Shown here: positions 50,674 through 64,000 of the stretch, piece by piece
Layout: each line of letters starts with the position of its first letter
How positions within the stretch are numbered: the stretch's first letter is position 1
NCBI GenBank assembly: GCA_044892525.1
Contig: CM097885.1
Span: forward strand, 43,278,001 to 43,342,000
Origin: Schmidtea polychroa
Lineage: Eukaryota
Direction of reading: 5' to 3'
DNA length: 64,000 nucleotides
Position numbers and translations under genes: made by a program
Notes under the pieces: generated by a model
Database searches by the model: none
Told to the model about the DNA's origin: nothing
Seen by the model: only the letters and a program-made list of their open reading frames with translations

Positions 50674-52000
50674 CACCTAACCGCGAAAGTTAACATTGTC
50701 TATAATATACGTTGGTGTGCACACCACCTGAGGTGAGTCACCAATTATATGACAATGTTAACTTAATTTCATTTATTCTATTTTTCAAAAATCATTTTAA
50801 GGTAAGTTTTTGAATTGAAGTAATTTTTAGGACTTGAATTTTGATTTTATATAATTATGAGATCATTATTCAAGTTCTTAAATATTACTGTTAGTCATCT
50901 TTTATAATTTATCATTTATAAATATATTAATAATTAAATTTCAGGTGTTTTTTTAGGAAATTTATGATATTTTATGCATTAATATGGAATTATTTCGCTA
51001 AAATGTAAGTTAAATATTTTTATATTTATAAATAAATAAAGTAATCACCCTACACATTTATTTTTTTAATACATTTAGGGAAAAATCGGCGTACATGAAC
51101 GAAATAGTTTTTTAAATTTTTATAATCTTTTTTCTGCAGCTCATTGGCTTCGACAAAATCCAACAAATTATTTCCCTGTTCTTCTGAAATAATTTGTTTT
51201 CTGCCACTTCTTTTTCCTTTTGTAATTTCGGCATATTTCTTATATTTGTAAATTATTGAAATAATTGAATTTTTGGGGATTCCGAGCAATCTTCCAAATT
51301 CTTTATAATTGTCCCCATTTTCAAATGCATTAATAAGCCGAATTTTGTCTATTTCTGTAATTCTTTGAAAATATTAATTTGTTAAAATAATTTATTAAAA
51401 TTTACGATTTGCGATTTTTTTTCTGCAAATTCGAAGTTGTCGAAGGACCTTCTTCAATATTTGAAATGGTACCTTCACGCAAAGAAATATCTGTTATACT
51501 GTAAAATATTTTAATATTTTATATTTTAATGAATAAATCTTACATTGTCAGATCTTCAACTTCGCAAAAAGCCACTGTGTCCTGTGAAATATCTGTAAAT
51601 CTAAAGAAATTTTATATTCCAAATTATTTTATAATTAAATCTTACGATGTATCTTCTTTTTTTTCCCTAAAGCTCAACGTAGAGCAGTCGGAATCTGATT
51701 CAAAAGTTTTTTTGTACATAATTTTTTAAATAATTTAAAAATATTGATATGTTAATTATATGTTAATCAATCTGAATTTCGCATGAAAAACACTTTACTT
51801 AATTTTGTATGTATTTTTCATTATGTGTGCTGTGCTTGTATGCTTAATTATTTTCTCTCACTTTTTAGATTCCTATAATAATAATGTTAAATTTCGCGGC
51901 ATTAAATTTCTACACACAGGTAAGTTTGTGTGTTCCTATAATATATATTTATTGATTTTTTTTTTAGATTATAGATAATGTTATATTTCGCGGTTAGGTG
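50674..52000 (-). mobile_element. Tc1/IS630-like non-autonomous element with HTH remnant
   Basis: TA-flanked TIRs CACCTAACCGCGAAA / TTTCGCGGTTAGGTG. Minus-strand remnant LINAFENGDNYKEFGRLLGIPKNSIISIIYKY...RSGRKQ. Confidence 0.8.
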
Positions 52001-52377
52001 TATAGTCGGTTGTGAAATGCGCGGGCCAATCAGAATTGAGGCGCCGTTAATTTATTTAATTTAATTTAAATTCTGTGTTTTTTGTTAGTTTTCCTAGTTT
52101 TCCTTATTTTTTCTTATACTTTTATTTATTTTCTTAATTTTTTCTATTAAATATCTAATTTTGATGTTGTTTTCTCAGTTTGATCGGCTTTCCTATCTTG
52201 ATTTTTTATTTTTATTTTTTTATTTTAATTCTTTTATGTTTTTAATTTTTTTTCTGCCCCTTTATGGTGTTTTCTAATTTATTTTCTGATTTATTTGTGG
52301 TATTTTTACTGTTTCTTATTGTTCCTTTTTGATTTTTCTTGTTTATGCTATCTAATTTTATTTCAACCAAACACGTG

Positions 52378-53648
52378 GATAAATTACTTGAGCAGTTTAG
52401 ACATAAAAATGGAGTTCAGAAAAGGTACGGCGCATACGAATGCAGATATGCTGTCTAGAAATACATGCGGCAAATGTGTACAATGTTTGATGGACCATGA
52501 TAACCCCAAATCAGGACGATTAAAAACTAGATTGTTAACATTGATGACCGAAAATAATGGAAATGAATGGCAAAGAGATAATGCAGAAATAAAAGATATA
52601 AAAGATCAAATAAATGAAAGGAAAAATAATAAATATATATTAAAAGGAAATATTATCTATACCAATCAAAACAAAATATGGATACCAGAAACAAAAAGAC
52701 GAGAAATGATTAAGGAAACACATTTATTATTATGCCACGCAGGAGTAGAAAAAATTATGAAATATATTAGGAACAATTTTGATATGGAAGATTTGCTAAA
52801 TGAAGTAAAAGAGACTATTTCAATATGTGAAGCATGTCAGAAAAACAAAGTTTTAACTACAAAGTCAAAAGAAAAAAACTCAAGTAATTCAAGCTTCAGA
52901 ACCTATGGAGAAAATATACATGGATATTTGCGGTCCATTAAGAGAAACCTTCAGAGGAGAAAAATATATTTGTGCAATAATCGATCAATACAGTAAATGC
53001 ATATCTCTAACTCCTATTAGAAAGCAAGATGAAAATACAATAAAAGCAGTTTTGTTAAATAATTGGATATTGAAATTTGGAGCCCCTATGGAACTACAAG
53101 TTGATTGTGGAAAAAATTTCGAAGCAAACAGTATTATAGAACTAGCAAAGGCAGCAGGAATCGAGTTGATATTTTCGAGTCTGTATCATCATAATACTAA
53201 TGGTGTAATTGAAAGACAATTTCGTACTATAAGAGACTATATTAACGCGTCATTCAGAGAAGGAGTTAAAAAACGCTGGGCAGAATTAATACCTGATATA
53301 GAATACGTTTTAAATGCGACAGCTCAAAAAACTACTGGCTTGAGTCCAGCAGAAATTATATTTGGGAGAAAGATTAATAGATCACAATGGCATAGTAATA
53401 ATGAAGTGGATAGAAATGAAATCATGCAGAAATTAGAGGTTAAAAGACAGCAAGCGAAAGAAATTGGCACAACTAGGAACTTAGAAGTGGGGCACAAAGT
53501 ATTGGTGAAACAAGAAATTAGAAACAAAGATCACGAGAGATACGAAGGACCATACACATTAATAAAACGAAATCATGAAAGAAGTTACTTATTAACAGAC
53601 GAAAACGGGAGAAAAATAACGAGGAATATAGAAAAGTTAAGGAGTTAG
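52378..53648 (+). pseudogene. Old Gypsy element, 3' part (RNase H end, integrase)
   Basis: WINYL...HTNADMLSR, H..LCHAG...CEAC, MDICGP, VDCG, NGVIER and EGPY, with a frameshift near 52880. Confidence 0.9.
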
Positions 53649-55428
53649 TAAACCCCTATATAAAATTATTATGGTTAAATGATAGAAGTGAGATCAGTTA
53701 GTAGAAATAATTATCTCTGTTAAATTTGTATATTTAAATTCTATATTAAATTATATCATATTATATTAAATTATATTAAATTAAATCAATTAATCTTAAT
53801 AATTATCACGCCTCGGTGTTTAAATACGCTAGTAAGACACAATTTGAAGTTGTTATAAAAAATAAATGCTTGAAGAAGATTTGAATTTAATTGCGTCTAA
53901 TACGTTTATTGAAATATTTTTATTAAATGGCATTTTGTAAGCTAATCATAGATAAAAGTATATCAAATATTGTTTAAAGGTTCTCAATTCATCAGTTTTT
54001 TCAGAAATTTTAATCAATCATAATAATAATAATAATAACAACAATAATAATAGATAACAGTCGATAAACAATAACAATAAATAATAATAAACAACAGCAT
54101 CATTTTCTATTAAAATATAAAGTTTATTTATATTATAACAAACTAATTAATTAATAAAAACAAAATATATAATTCCAGCTTGATAACATAAGTTAGTCAC
54201 ATTAAATTTGTTAATAATCACAATATAATAATGTTTATCCCATTAATCACATAGATAAATGTATATTTATTCTGTATTTATTTGTTCCTATTATGTAATG
54301 TTTAAGTTTCAAAATCTACAGTGTTCCTCCATCTTTTAACATATGGAAGATAAAGACGTAAGACCTTCTATTGGCAATCAAGATAGAAAAGAGGTTGATC
54401 AAACAGCAGTTCTAAGAAAAGGAGCTCACTTATCCCTCAATCTTCGACCCCATTTTACAGAACTAGCGTATGGATTAAGTGGATAACAATAGTCATAATA
54501 GTGTATGAATATGCATATTTGTCAGTGGTAACTCACTCTCTTACTAGCGACCATAACCAAGTCACTAACACGAACAATAATCTTTGCTAATTTAAGATAT
54601 TTCTATTTTATTTTTTTATTAATTTTTTATTATAAATCTTTTTAAGTTGAAAAGTTTAATGAACGCGTTATTTCCCCCTGAACTATGTACGTATCTCGAT
54701 CTATTTGGTTTCATATACTCTATCTTTGTTTTATTCGGGGTTTCTTCCCATAATTTAATTAAACTTGGTGCAACTGTATGCTTATGTTTTCGAACGCATT
54801 AAAATTAGTTCAAAATTCTCTAGTTCTGGAAACCAAAGTACTAATATCATTTTTATTATTGTTGGGTTAAGCCCAGAATAATAGTTTTTTTATTCCTTTT
54901 ACCATTTAAACAAAAATAAAATATTCTGTTGAGACATAGACACATCACACATAAAGCACCAAGATAACTAAAATGCATAACAACATCAAAATAAAATAAA
55001 ACAAAACGAATAAATAATAAGTAAAACATAATTAATAAAATAATAAAAACAAGTATTTACACACGTAACATATTTTAAACGCATCGCGCGAAAAAAGAAA
55101 TCACTGAAAAAAGACACAAAGAGCAAAAAATATCGTCTTGTTCAAGAGACAAGAAGAATTTGAAAATGCGTCTAATCAACGAATCAAAATAATGAGAAAG
55201 AGAAAAATAAAAATTAAATTAAATCAATTAAAACTGTTGAGTCAAGCTCTAAAAAAACTTCAAGAAATTTTTTTAATTAGCCGGAATCAAATAATCAAAA
55301 GTAAAGGGACAGCTGAGACAACTCTACATAACAAATAAACTGCACCAAGATTATTTAAAATCATTTATAACATCAAATAAAACAAAAGTAAAAATCAAAA
55401 AAATTAAAAATAAGTAAAATATAAGTAG

Positions 55429-56251
55429 TGTTGGGTTTTTAATGTAAGTCGGTATCACGGTCTGACTCCTTTGTGTTCTTTATCAAAATCAAGATAACCC
55501 AACACAATAATTTTATTCAAGGCTAATACAAGTACACTGGTTGATTACACTCTTTCTTGAACAATTTCAATCTTTAATAACTCTGTTCTGCACTTTTCAA
55601 TGATACAATAAATCTCCAATTATCACAACTTCTAAATCCTTTAACTCACTCGTTTAATCCTACTAACTTTTCTTCGACCAACTGGCATTTTGTTTTCTTG
55701 CCAGTAGCTTGGTAATTGACTTTATTTTTGCCAATTATTTTTGGTTTTATTTCCCCTCGGGCTTCCTCTTGGAGGTCTAATTTAATTGAAGGGAATTTGC
55801 TCATTTTCTTTGACGGCGCTTATTACTTTTTATCCGGCTAAATTAATTGCCTTCCCAAGGTTGGATTTCTCCGGCTAAATTAATTGCCTTCCCAAAATTG
55901 GATTTCTCAATTCGCTCGGGTTTTCCATTGTATCGGGTTTCCCATTAGCTCGGGTTCTCCATTAGCTCGGGTTTCCCATTAGCTCGGGTTTTCCATTAGT
56001 TAATTAATTTTTAATTAATTTTTGTTTTTTGTAATTTATTCCTTTTAGGGACCCCCCATTGATTTTATTTTATTATAACTGAACTCGTCTCATTATTTAG
56101 CATCCGCCCATACCAGTTTCCCCAAGAAAATATTCATTTTTTAAAATTTTTGATTTTTAATTAATATTTTGTACTTTAAATTTTTATTTTGAATTTGGTG
56201 TTTTTGTAAATTTTCACCTCATTTTTGTGCCTCTCTTGTTGAACCCCAGCA
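55429..56251 (-). mobile_element. Solo LTR related to the env-Gypsy LTR
   Basis: TG..CA ends, TSD GTAG, shared GGAGTCAGA..ACCGACTT..AACCCAACA end and GGAAACCCGAGCTAAT repeats. Confidence 0.85.
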
Positions 56252-57063
56252 GTAGTAAAATAATAAAAGCAAGCAGTTACATAGGAAACACATTTTAAAA
56301 CGCATGAAAATGTAAAATGAATCGCCGAAAAACGACACACAATAGCAGAAAATACCACCTTATCCATAGAATAAAAATGATATGTAATGGTGATCATTCG
56401 ATTAATCAAGAAAATAAGAAAGAAAAGAATTTAAGTTAAAAGCAATAAATTAAAACAAATAAAGAAGACAAACTAATCAAAATGATATGAATTTGAAATT
56501 TTAAGATGATCAATAAAATGACCAGAAAAACACAATATCAATCCTGATTGGTCGAATGCGTTTACAGTAAAACAATATAAGGGATCGTCTCAGCAACCAC
56601 TTTACCACATTTTTGCAAACCTCAAAATATTGGTTTAGCTCTTAGCAATTTTCAAACCTTACAATATTTACTATTTTAAAGTGATCAACCATTTTAAAAT
56701 GAAAATGGATGTAGGTTAACTTTAAAATAATATTTATTTGAAATTATATAATATTTATGCATGTTGAGTTTATGACTGAATATTCGATAATGTATGTCTG
56801 AATATCAAAAGTGCGATATTGTATTATGTATGCATGTGTATATCTTGCTCAAGATACTTACAATATAATTTCCTCCTTCTGAGGTATAGTCTTATGTTAA
56901 TCTTATGTCTCCAAAGTCTTCCTACAGCGGGATCGATAATAAATCAATATATTTCTGGGAGTTTTTATTTGAATCGATAATGCATAGAGTTAAATATCAT
57001 GTAAAGGCAATAGTTTCTGATAAACCGTCTGGTTAAAATCCAACCATGATATCCAATTAAAAT

Positions 57064-57765
57064 TGCTGGGGTTCTTAAATTTAAAATTTCTTAATAATTA
57101 AAAAAAGAATATTGAAAATTGAAAATTAAATCATCGAATTAAAATTTGAAAAACGTGTCAGATGTAAATCAGATGATGGGAAAGATAATGGCGAGAACGG
57201 ATTCATCAAAATATGTTCAGAAAGGGTCGAAATTAAGGAAAATGTGCAAAAACAGAAAATCGTTAATTAATTAATTAAGGTTAAACCTTAGTTAAGTATA
57301 CAGAAAGAAAAGTAAATAAAGTAAATTCTGAAAACCATTATCATGACAGCATGAATAAAGGAAAAATGGGAAAAAGATTATCATAAGAAAAACGAAGGAG
57401 AAAAGATGAAAAAGGCCGCGAGGCAAAGATTGTCAAATGGAGACGATTTAGTAGAAATATCATTAATTAATGCAATTATTTTAATTATATAAAGGAACTC
57501 AAACTCAGAAGGAATCGGCATTTCCCCCAGGTAGGGACAAACAATTTTACAGTAGGATTGAAGGGAAAATTAAAGTCAGTAGAATTTACGGAAAGACAAA
57601 TAAAAGAATCGAGTTAAGTCAAATGAGTAACGAAATTATGTAATTTTTGTTGCAGATCGTGCAGAACTTAAGCCGGGTCAGCGAGACTTATTGAATAGTC
57701 AGAATATGCATTTATTGTGATATTCGAAGTTTTGTAAATTGTAGATTATACGAATTTCAACACAC
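57064..57765 (+). mobile_element. Diverged, probably 3'-truncated LTR of the same group
   Basis: TGCTGGGG start; shares AGAAAGGGTCGAAA, AAAACAGAAAA.CGTTAATTAATT and AATCGGCATT blocks. No clear TSD. Confidence 0.55.
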
Positions 57766-58831
57766 ACACACACATTGTGGGAGTAATATAACGTCTAATA
57801 ATCAGTTACTTAATGCTCGTCGAATAAATAAGTACATATTGTTTATGAAAACAGTTTTAATTTCTTTTTCTATTTTTTATTTTAAATCAACAACGATTGT
57901 AAGTAGTTTTTTTTAATTAATTAATCTTGACCTTTTATATATTTATTCTGTGCTAAACTAATATAACAATTAACCGACTTTAATATTTATCTAGTTAAAA
58001 ACTCAACAAAACAAAGAAATTTAGTGAAAAAATATTTGAAATAATCGTTAACCAAAATAAGAAATGAAAATTCCAAAATAAATTTGAGTAAAAGGCAAAA
58101 TCATGGCAAATTAGTGACAGAATCTAAGCGACTCTAAATTAAAAATAAATTAATATATAAAAAATATTAACAATTTACGTCTAATAAATTTTTAGAATAT
58201 CTCGGTTCTTTCGACAGTGAATAAAGTATTTTTGCTAAGTGACTAATTGGATCTCTTGGTCGCTCTTCAAATAATTGAATAAATGCTTGCCCGAGAGCAC
58301 CACCGATTAGAATTTGTAATTCTTCACTAGTATAAGGTCTATTTCGTTCTACACCGGTGCTCTCTACTTCTATTTTTACCCTGATATATAAACATAAAAT
58401 GAAAGCAGAAATATAAATGTTAAATGTGAATAGATGTAAATGTCTAAAAATTACTTGGATTGAGCTTCACTTAAAAAAGAATTGACTGACACATTTGCGA
58501 CTGAATTTTCCATATTTATCCTTATTTGTGGCTGTTCCGTATTTAATTTTATTGAATTGTATTTGATTATATTTGCCTTGTCTAATAAATATTCCCTGAG
58601 GCTCTCTTTAATTTCGTATTCTATCGATTTCTTATTGAGTGCTTTTAATTTTTTCTTTTCTAGAATAATATAGTTCGTGAAAATTGTTTTCTATGTATTT
58701 AAGGTTCTTCATAACTAAATTTAGTACTTTGCTTCGTCCAGGATCTCTTGTATATAATAAATTAATGTTTCACTGAAAAGTTGTGTGTAAAGGCAAATAT
58801 AAATCAAGTTATTACAAATTATTGATTTATA

Positions 58832-59753
58832 CACCCAATTCCGAAATTTAATAACCTCTATAATTCACGTTGGTGTGCACACCAGTTGAGGTGAGTCACC
58901 ATTTACGTGAAAATGAAGTTATTAAATTTCATTTATTCAATTTATTAAAAATGGTTTTCAGGTAATTTTTTTAATTTCAAGTATATTTTAAGACTTGAAT
59001 TTTGATTTTATATAATTATGAGATCATTATTCAAGTTCTTAAATATTACTGTTAGTATATTAATAATTGAATTTCAGGTGTTTTTTAGAAAATTTATGAT
59101 ATTTTATGCATTAATATGGAATTATTTCGCTAAAATGTAAGTTAGATATTTTTATATTTATAAATAAATAAAGTAATCACCAAACACATTTAATTTTTTA
59201 AGACAAAAATCGGCGTACACGAATGAAATATTTTTTTAAATTTTTATAATCTTCTTTCTGCAGCTCATTTTCGATGGCTTTTTTCTTTCTGTAAATCAAA
59301 AGATCTCGAAGGACCTTCAATATTTGAAATTCTGCCTTCACACATACTATAAAATATTTTAATATTTTGTAATTTAATGAATAAAACTTACATTGTATTT
59401 TCTTGTTTTTCCCTAAAGCTCAAGGTAGAGCTGTCGGAATCTGAATTAAAAGTATTTTCTTGTATTTTTTAATAATTTTAAAATAATTATATTTTAACAA
59501 TATGTTAACAATATGTTAACAGTTATTTATTTCGGAACAAAAACCTATATAAGAATTTTGCATGCATTTTTCATTATGTGTTTTGTGTTGGTGTGTTCAG
59601 TTATTTTTCTCTCACCTTCACAAAACCTATAATAAAGTTACTAAATTTCGGAACAATAAATTTCTACACACAGGTAAGTTTGTGTGTTCCTATAATATAT
59701 ATTTATTGATTTTTTTTTAGATTATAGAAGTTATTAAATTTCGGAATTAGGTG
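58832..59753 (-). mobile_element. Diverged copy of the Tc1-like non-autonomous element
   Basis: TA-flanked TIRs CACCCAATTCCGAAAT / TTTCGGAATTAGGTG; body similar to 50674-52000. Confidence 0.8.
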
Positions 59754-60192
59754 TAGTGTGATTATTTCAATATTTGGTTGAACAAGGATTTTTCGTGTAT
59801 GCATGTATGATTCACATTTATAGGTATTTCCAGGATTGATGAGGAATACTTAATTGAATCCCAATGCATGACTTTTTACTAATTGGAACAAATAATATGG
59901 TGCATTTTGAAATGGATATTTCATAGTTCCTTAATTCATGACAGAAATGGAACATGTACCTAGCAAAACTGCATCTTTAAAATTTGGCGTGTTGAAATTT
60001 TACTGAAGTAATGTCATCAGTTTGAACATCCTTCAAGATGAACATCCCATTAAAGATGGTCGGCTAAAAATGTTTAATTGAATAAACTTTTAATTAAATC
60101 AGTAATATACTGTAATAACCAGGCTTGAAATTTATCCTATTACAAGTAAGTATATACATGTCGTAGGCAAATGGTAATTTTAGGAAAATAAC

Positions 60193-60407
60193 ATTTGGCT
60201 AGGCAAATGCCATTTGCCTGGTCAAATAGCTTTAGCTATTATTTCATTTCCATTTGACTAGGTTTAATTATTATGGTTTAATAATACATTATAATGGTTA
60301 TTGAGCCAAATGGCTTTTGCCTGGGCAAATGCTATTTTCCTAGTAAAATGGAAATGAAATAATAGCTAAAGCTATTTGACCAGGCAAATAGCATTTGCCT
60401 AGCCAAA

Positions 60408-60408
<1 letters not shown>
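60193..60408. repeat. Foldback with ~70-bp inverted arms
   Basis: ATTTGGCTAGGCAAATG...ACTAGG (60193-60262) is mirrored at 60339-60408. Confidence 0.8.

Positions 60409-60409
<1 letters not shown>

Positions 60410-60492
<83 letters not shown>
60410..60492. repeat. (TA)n microsatellite
   Basis: Direct reading. Confidence 0.98.
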
Positions 60493-60497
<5 letters not shown>

Positions 60498-61090
60498 TAT
60501 TTATAAACAGGTGAACGGCATTCTGGTAATCATTCTTACTTCCGCTGTTTACCAACTTCACTACTAATCAGTTATCTATTACCACAAGGATAATAAGCTT
60601 GTGAAAGCGTACGAAGATAAATTACCATAAGAGTATTCGACATGTAGTAGTAACATAACGTCTAATAATAATAATCATTTACTTAATGCTCGTTGAATAA
60701 GTACGTACATATTGTTTACGAAAACAGTTTTAATTTCTTTTTCTATTTTTTTATTTTAAATCAACAACGATTGTAAGTACTTTTTTAAATTAATTAATCT
60801 TGACCTTTTATATATTTATTCTGTGCTAAACTTATATAACAACTAACCCTTAGTCGGGTGCAACTTATCCAACAGACACAGCCAATATTTGTGGTTTGTT
60901 GAGTACAGCAAGTGTAAACGTACATTATGTACGGAACATGCTATTTTTTATTTTAATAAATTTATTTCGCTAATGTTGGTGAGCAAATGGAATAATAAAC
61001 AAGTTTTTAATAGAGTAAAAAGTTTTGGCCTATTACGCACAATGAGCCTTCTCAGGGGTTAAATAGAAGTTCTCAACAATTTATTACAGG

Positions 61091-61650
61091 TGTTGGGTTT
61101 TTGCTAATTCACGTCGGTAACCTCTGACTCCTCGTGTCCTTTTAATCAAAACAATAAACTATCCAACGTATATTTGAATCACAAAAATATATTTCTCTCA
61201 ACAATAAATAATCAATAACCAAAGTTCACGTTTGACTGATTCTCCGCTCGGTGTTGATGCATTGTCAAAAGATAATATTCACCTTTTAATTCCTTAGCTT
61301 CTCTTGACCAACGTTTTCCTTTCAATTTGATTTGATTCCTTTTCACTTTTTCGTATCTCCTATTCTATATTTCCTTTTTCCTAATCTCCTTAATTCGTCT
61401 TTATCTATACATGTCCCGTTTTCCCAATTCAATTTCAATAACTTTATAATTTATTGTTTTTTTCGGATTTCCGGATTCTTGCCTTTCGCAACTGCTTTTG
61501 CCATTTCCTAATACTGCTTCCATCATACTTCCCTTTACTATCAATTCTGTGCATGATCACGCTTTTATTTGTCTTTTTTCTTCAGCTACTTTTTATTTAA
61601 ATTTTCAACCTAAATTTATTTAAATTTATTTTAATTTACTGACCTTAACA
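61091..61650 (-). mobile_element. Internally deleted solo LTR, close relative of the env-Gypsy LTR
   Basis: Reverse complement follows both ends of 31806-32846. Flanks CAGG/CATG (TSD with one mismatch). Confidence 0.85.
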
Positions 61651-61673
61651 CATGCAAACGAGATCTTTTATAC

Positions 61674-62485
61674 TGTTGGATTAATATATAAAGGCACAAA
61701 ATAAAACGAAAGTAGAATAAAAATCAATAAATATACCAAAATAACATAAGTGCAAAAATTAATATCAATCGGGAGAAATGGGTATCATTAAACGCGAATT
61801 CACGTGACAAATCCAAAATAATAATAAAAATTTAGTGAGTGGTCATTAGATAAAGTTATAATAAAATAACAAAACTAATTAAAAATTAATTAATCGCTAA
61901 TGGAAAGCCTGAGCTAATGAGAAGCCCGAATAAACGGGAAACCCGGAACTCACTGAGACCCGACTAATTAGAAGTTGAAGCGAATTCGACTGAGCGTCAG
62001 TTAGTAATGGAATTGGTAGGATTCTAGTTATCCCTCGAGAAGATTGAGAAATGCCAATAATCCCCCAAAGGATTAAAATATCGGTTACGTATTATTGGGT
62101 AAATGCCGATAATCCCTAATGTATTAAAATAATGTGGATCCAATATCGGATGCCTTTCAGAAAAGTATAAAAGGAAAATCTGAAGAGACGAGCTGCCAGT
62201 TGGTCGCAGAAACAAAATCAGAGGGCGTTTACGAAATCAAAGAGACCTAAAAGAAGAAAAGAATTCAAGTAAAGCTGGAGAAAATTATAAATTATCGTAT
62301 CAGAAAAGATGAATAGCTCTACCTTACGATAACGATTGTCTAAGAAAGAAAGGTGCAAATCGAGTGACTAATTGTAATTGTGATAAAGTTTTAATAAAAT
62401 TGTTTCGTGTTGGGTTTTAGTTATTTGATTGGAAAAGGACACGAGGAGTCAGAAACTAACCGACTTGTTAAATAATAACCCAACA
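61674..62485 (+). mobile_element. Solo LTR of a related subfamily
   Basis: TGTTGG...CCCAACA, TSD ATAC, and the GGAGTCAGA..AACCGACTTG end block. Confidence 0.88.
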
Positions 62486-62736
62486 ATACTATCTCAACGT
62501 AAATCACGCATCCACATAGTTCTAATTCACGTACACACCGTATATTGGTGTTGTACAATATTCATTACGCAACCATAGCTTATCAACCTCTCACAACTAT
62601 TTAGGTCGACTTCTCAATTTTAGCTCCCTAAAATAATGACCAAATAATGAGTAATTTTAAATAATTTATTTTTATTTCGAAACCCTAACCATATTTAAAA
62701 TAAAGAATAACATTTTTATAAGTTCATTTTTACATT

Positions 62737-62916
62737 CAGCGCCGTGCTGTAACTTTTGGGGGCCCTGTGCAGAAACTAAAAATTTTTTTTTTCTTTCAAT
62801 TCGTAGTAATTTATGGTATTGGAGAAGTTTTTCTAATGTATTTAATATTTGGGGCCCCTCAAAAATAGGGGGCCCAGTGCGATTGCACTTGTTGCACTTG
62901 CGATAGTACGGCGCTG
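62737..62916. mobile_element. hAT-type MITE (180 bp)
   Basis: TIR CAGCGCCGT / ACGGCGCTG and 8-bp TSD TTTACATT. Confidence 0.9.
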
Positions 62917-63425
62917 TTTACATTTAAATATTTATGTCATTCCTTTGTGAAAGTTATAATTAATTCAATCTTAGTTTCCATGAACGGGGGGGGGGGGGGG
63001 GCGCAGTGCAACAGGTTCGCCTAAGTTGTCAAATGCTCTAGCGTTGGCCCTGCTTTTTGGAGAATATTAATTGGCAATTTGAAATTAGTTCGGCGAGGGA
63101 TAATACCAAAATTCGAGGCACAAATGGATTTAATTTTTATTAAAAATCCGAACTTTCCAAAAAATTGACTGATTATTTTATTTTCACTAACTCATTAAAA
63201 GTTAATTAATGTTTTATTGATTATAATTAATTAATTAATTTAATATTAATTGATAATTTGTATTAATTTTGTATTATTTATGTCAAATTGATTACATCAA
63301 AAAAATTATGAATTTAATATTTGATGCTTATATTTGATATATAATTAAATTTATATTTCTTCTGACCAAAAACAGTTAGAGCATTTAATACTTAAATGTA
63401 AAACTATTTTGGAACAGAGAAATTA

Positions 63426-63932
63426 TTATTGATAAGAAAGATTACGGAATTTGGATTTTCTTGGCTTGCATGATCCAATCGTATCGACAGTGACACTGAA
63501 ATGGATGTAAGAATCGGCTATAGCATCGGAATCGGAATTACAATCTTCATTATAATAACTAAAGTCTTTCTTTCGATTAAGGCTATTCACGAAAATTTGT
63601 TTTCTATGATTTTTTCTCTTAGGTAATTTTGGTTGTCTAATGATATTTTTTGGTTTTTCATTGGTTATTTTTGAATGGATTTCATTTTCGAGACTTTGAA
63701 GATTTAGGAAACCTTTCGTATTATTTTCACAAAAATCACCTTTCATCAAATCAAAATTTTTATGTTCATTTATTAAATTTGGTTTGGAATTATTAAAAAT
63801 TCCAAAAAATACTCCATTTGAATTGTTAACGTTTTTTATAGACAATATAATTTTCCTTTCAAATACATTCACGTGGTAACGAAGGCAATTCAAAATTTCC
63901 CATCGTTTTCTTTTATTAAATGAATATTTCAC
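63426..63932 (-). CDS. Unknown ORF, possibly an exon of a gene extending beyond the window
   Basis: A 168-codon open frame in very AT-rich DNA; no recognisable motif. Confidence 0.35.
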   Translation of the reverse strand: MKYSFNKRKRWEILNCLRYHVNVFERKIILSIKNVNNSNGVFFGIFNNSKPNLINEHKNFDLMKGDFCENNTKGFLNLQSLENEIHSKITNEKPKNIIRQPKLPKRKNHRKQIFVNSLNRKKDFSYYNEDCNSDSDAIADSYIHFSVTVDTIGSCKPRKSKFRNLSYQ

Positions 63933-64000
63933 GAAGCGTGTCCATCTAGAAATTGAATGTTCGTTTCAATTCATTTATAAATAAAATAAGTAACATCTCA

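Larger units (their letters stand above)
28165..52373. mobile_element. TG..CA-bounded insertion (solo-LTR-like, ~3-4 kb net) hosting later insertions
   Basis: Starts TGTTGGGT, ends ACCAAACA, with 4-bp TSD CGTG (28161-28164 / 52374-52377). Removing it restores FQTWINYL in the interrupted pol. Confidence 0.8.

Noticed and set aside
49047..51729. Similar small ORFs at 49047-49235 and 51529-51729
   Set aside because: They are chance frames within two copies of the same non-autonomous repeat.
52295..52373. Hydrophobic N-terminus on the integrase ORF
   Set aside because: It is read-through from the T-rich end of the inserted element; real pol sequence resumes at 52374.
57790..60848. ~190-bp direct repeats at 57790-57975 and 60655-60848 as LTRs of a small element
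   Set aside because: No TG..CA ends, PBS, PPT or TSD seen; more likely a dispersed repeat or local duplication.

Overview
Very AT-rich eukaryotic DNA with 43-52 nt introns, resembling a planarian flatworm (inference). Most of the window is nested transposons. There are two host genes: an ERMP1-like M28 peptidase (minus strand, 2.9-5.1 kb) and a spliced TOX-like HMG-box gene (12.0-21.0 kb). The central object is a young, nearly intact 15.7-kb Ty3/Gypsy LTR element (31806-47492) with near-identical LTRs, a GATT target duplication, a tRNA-Trp primer site and a PPT. After gag it carries one 2669-codon ORF with this apparent order: ubiquitin-like domain, acidic linker, Bcl-2-like domain, signal/TM, chuvirus/herpes-gB-like envelope glycoprotein, TM, PR-RT-RNaseH-IN, second signal peptide, FN3-like type I membrane protein with a PPxY/PDZ-type tail. 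This looks like an enveloped, possibly anti-apoptotic retrovirus-like element with env placed before pol. It is inserted in a Buster hAT transposon, which lies in a TG..CA-bounded element, which in turn interrupts an older Gypsy pol; every layer has an exact TSD. Related solo LTRs lie at 55-62 kb. All domain calls are by eye from motifs; no searches were run.
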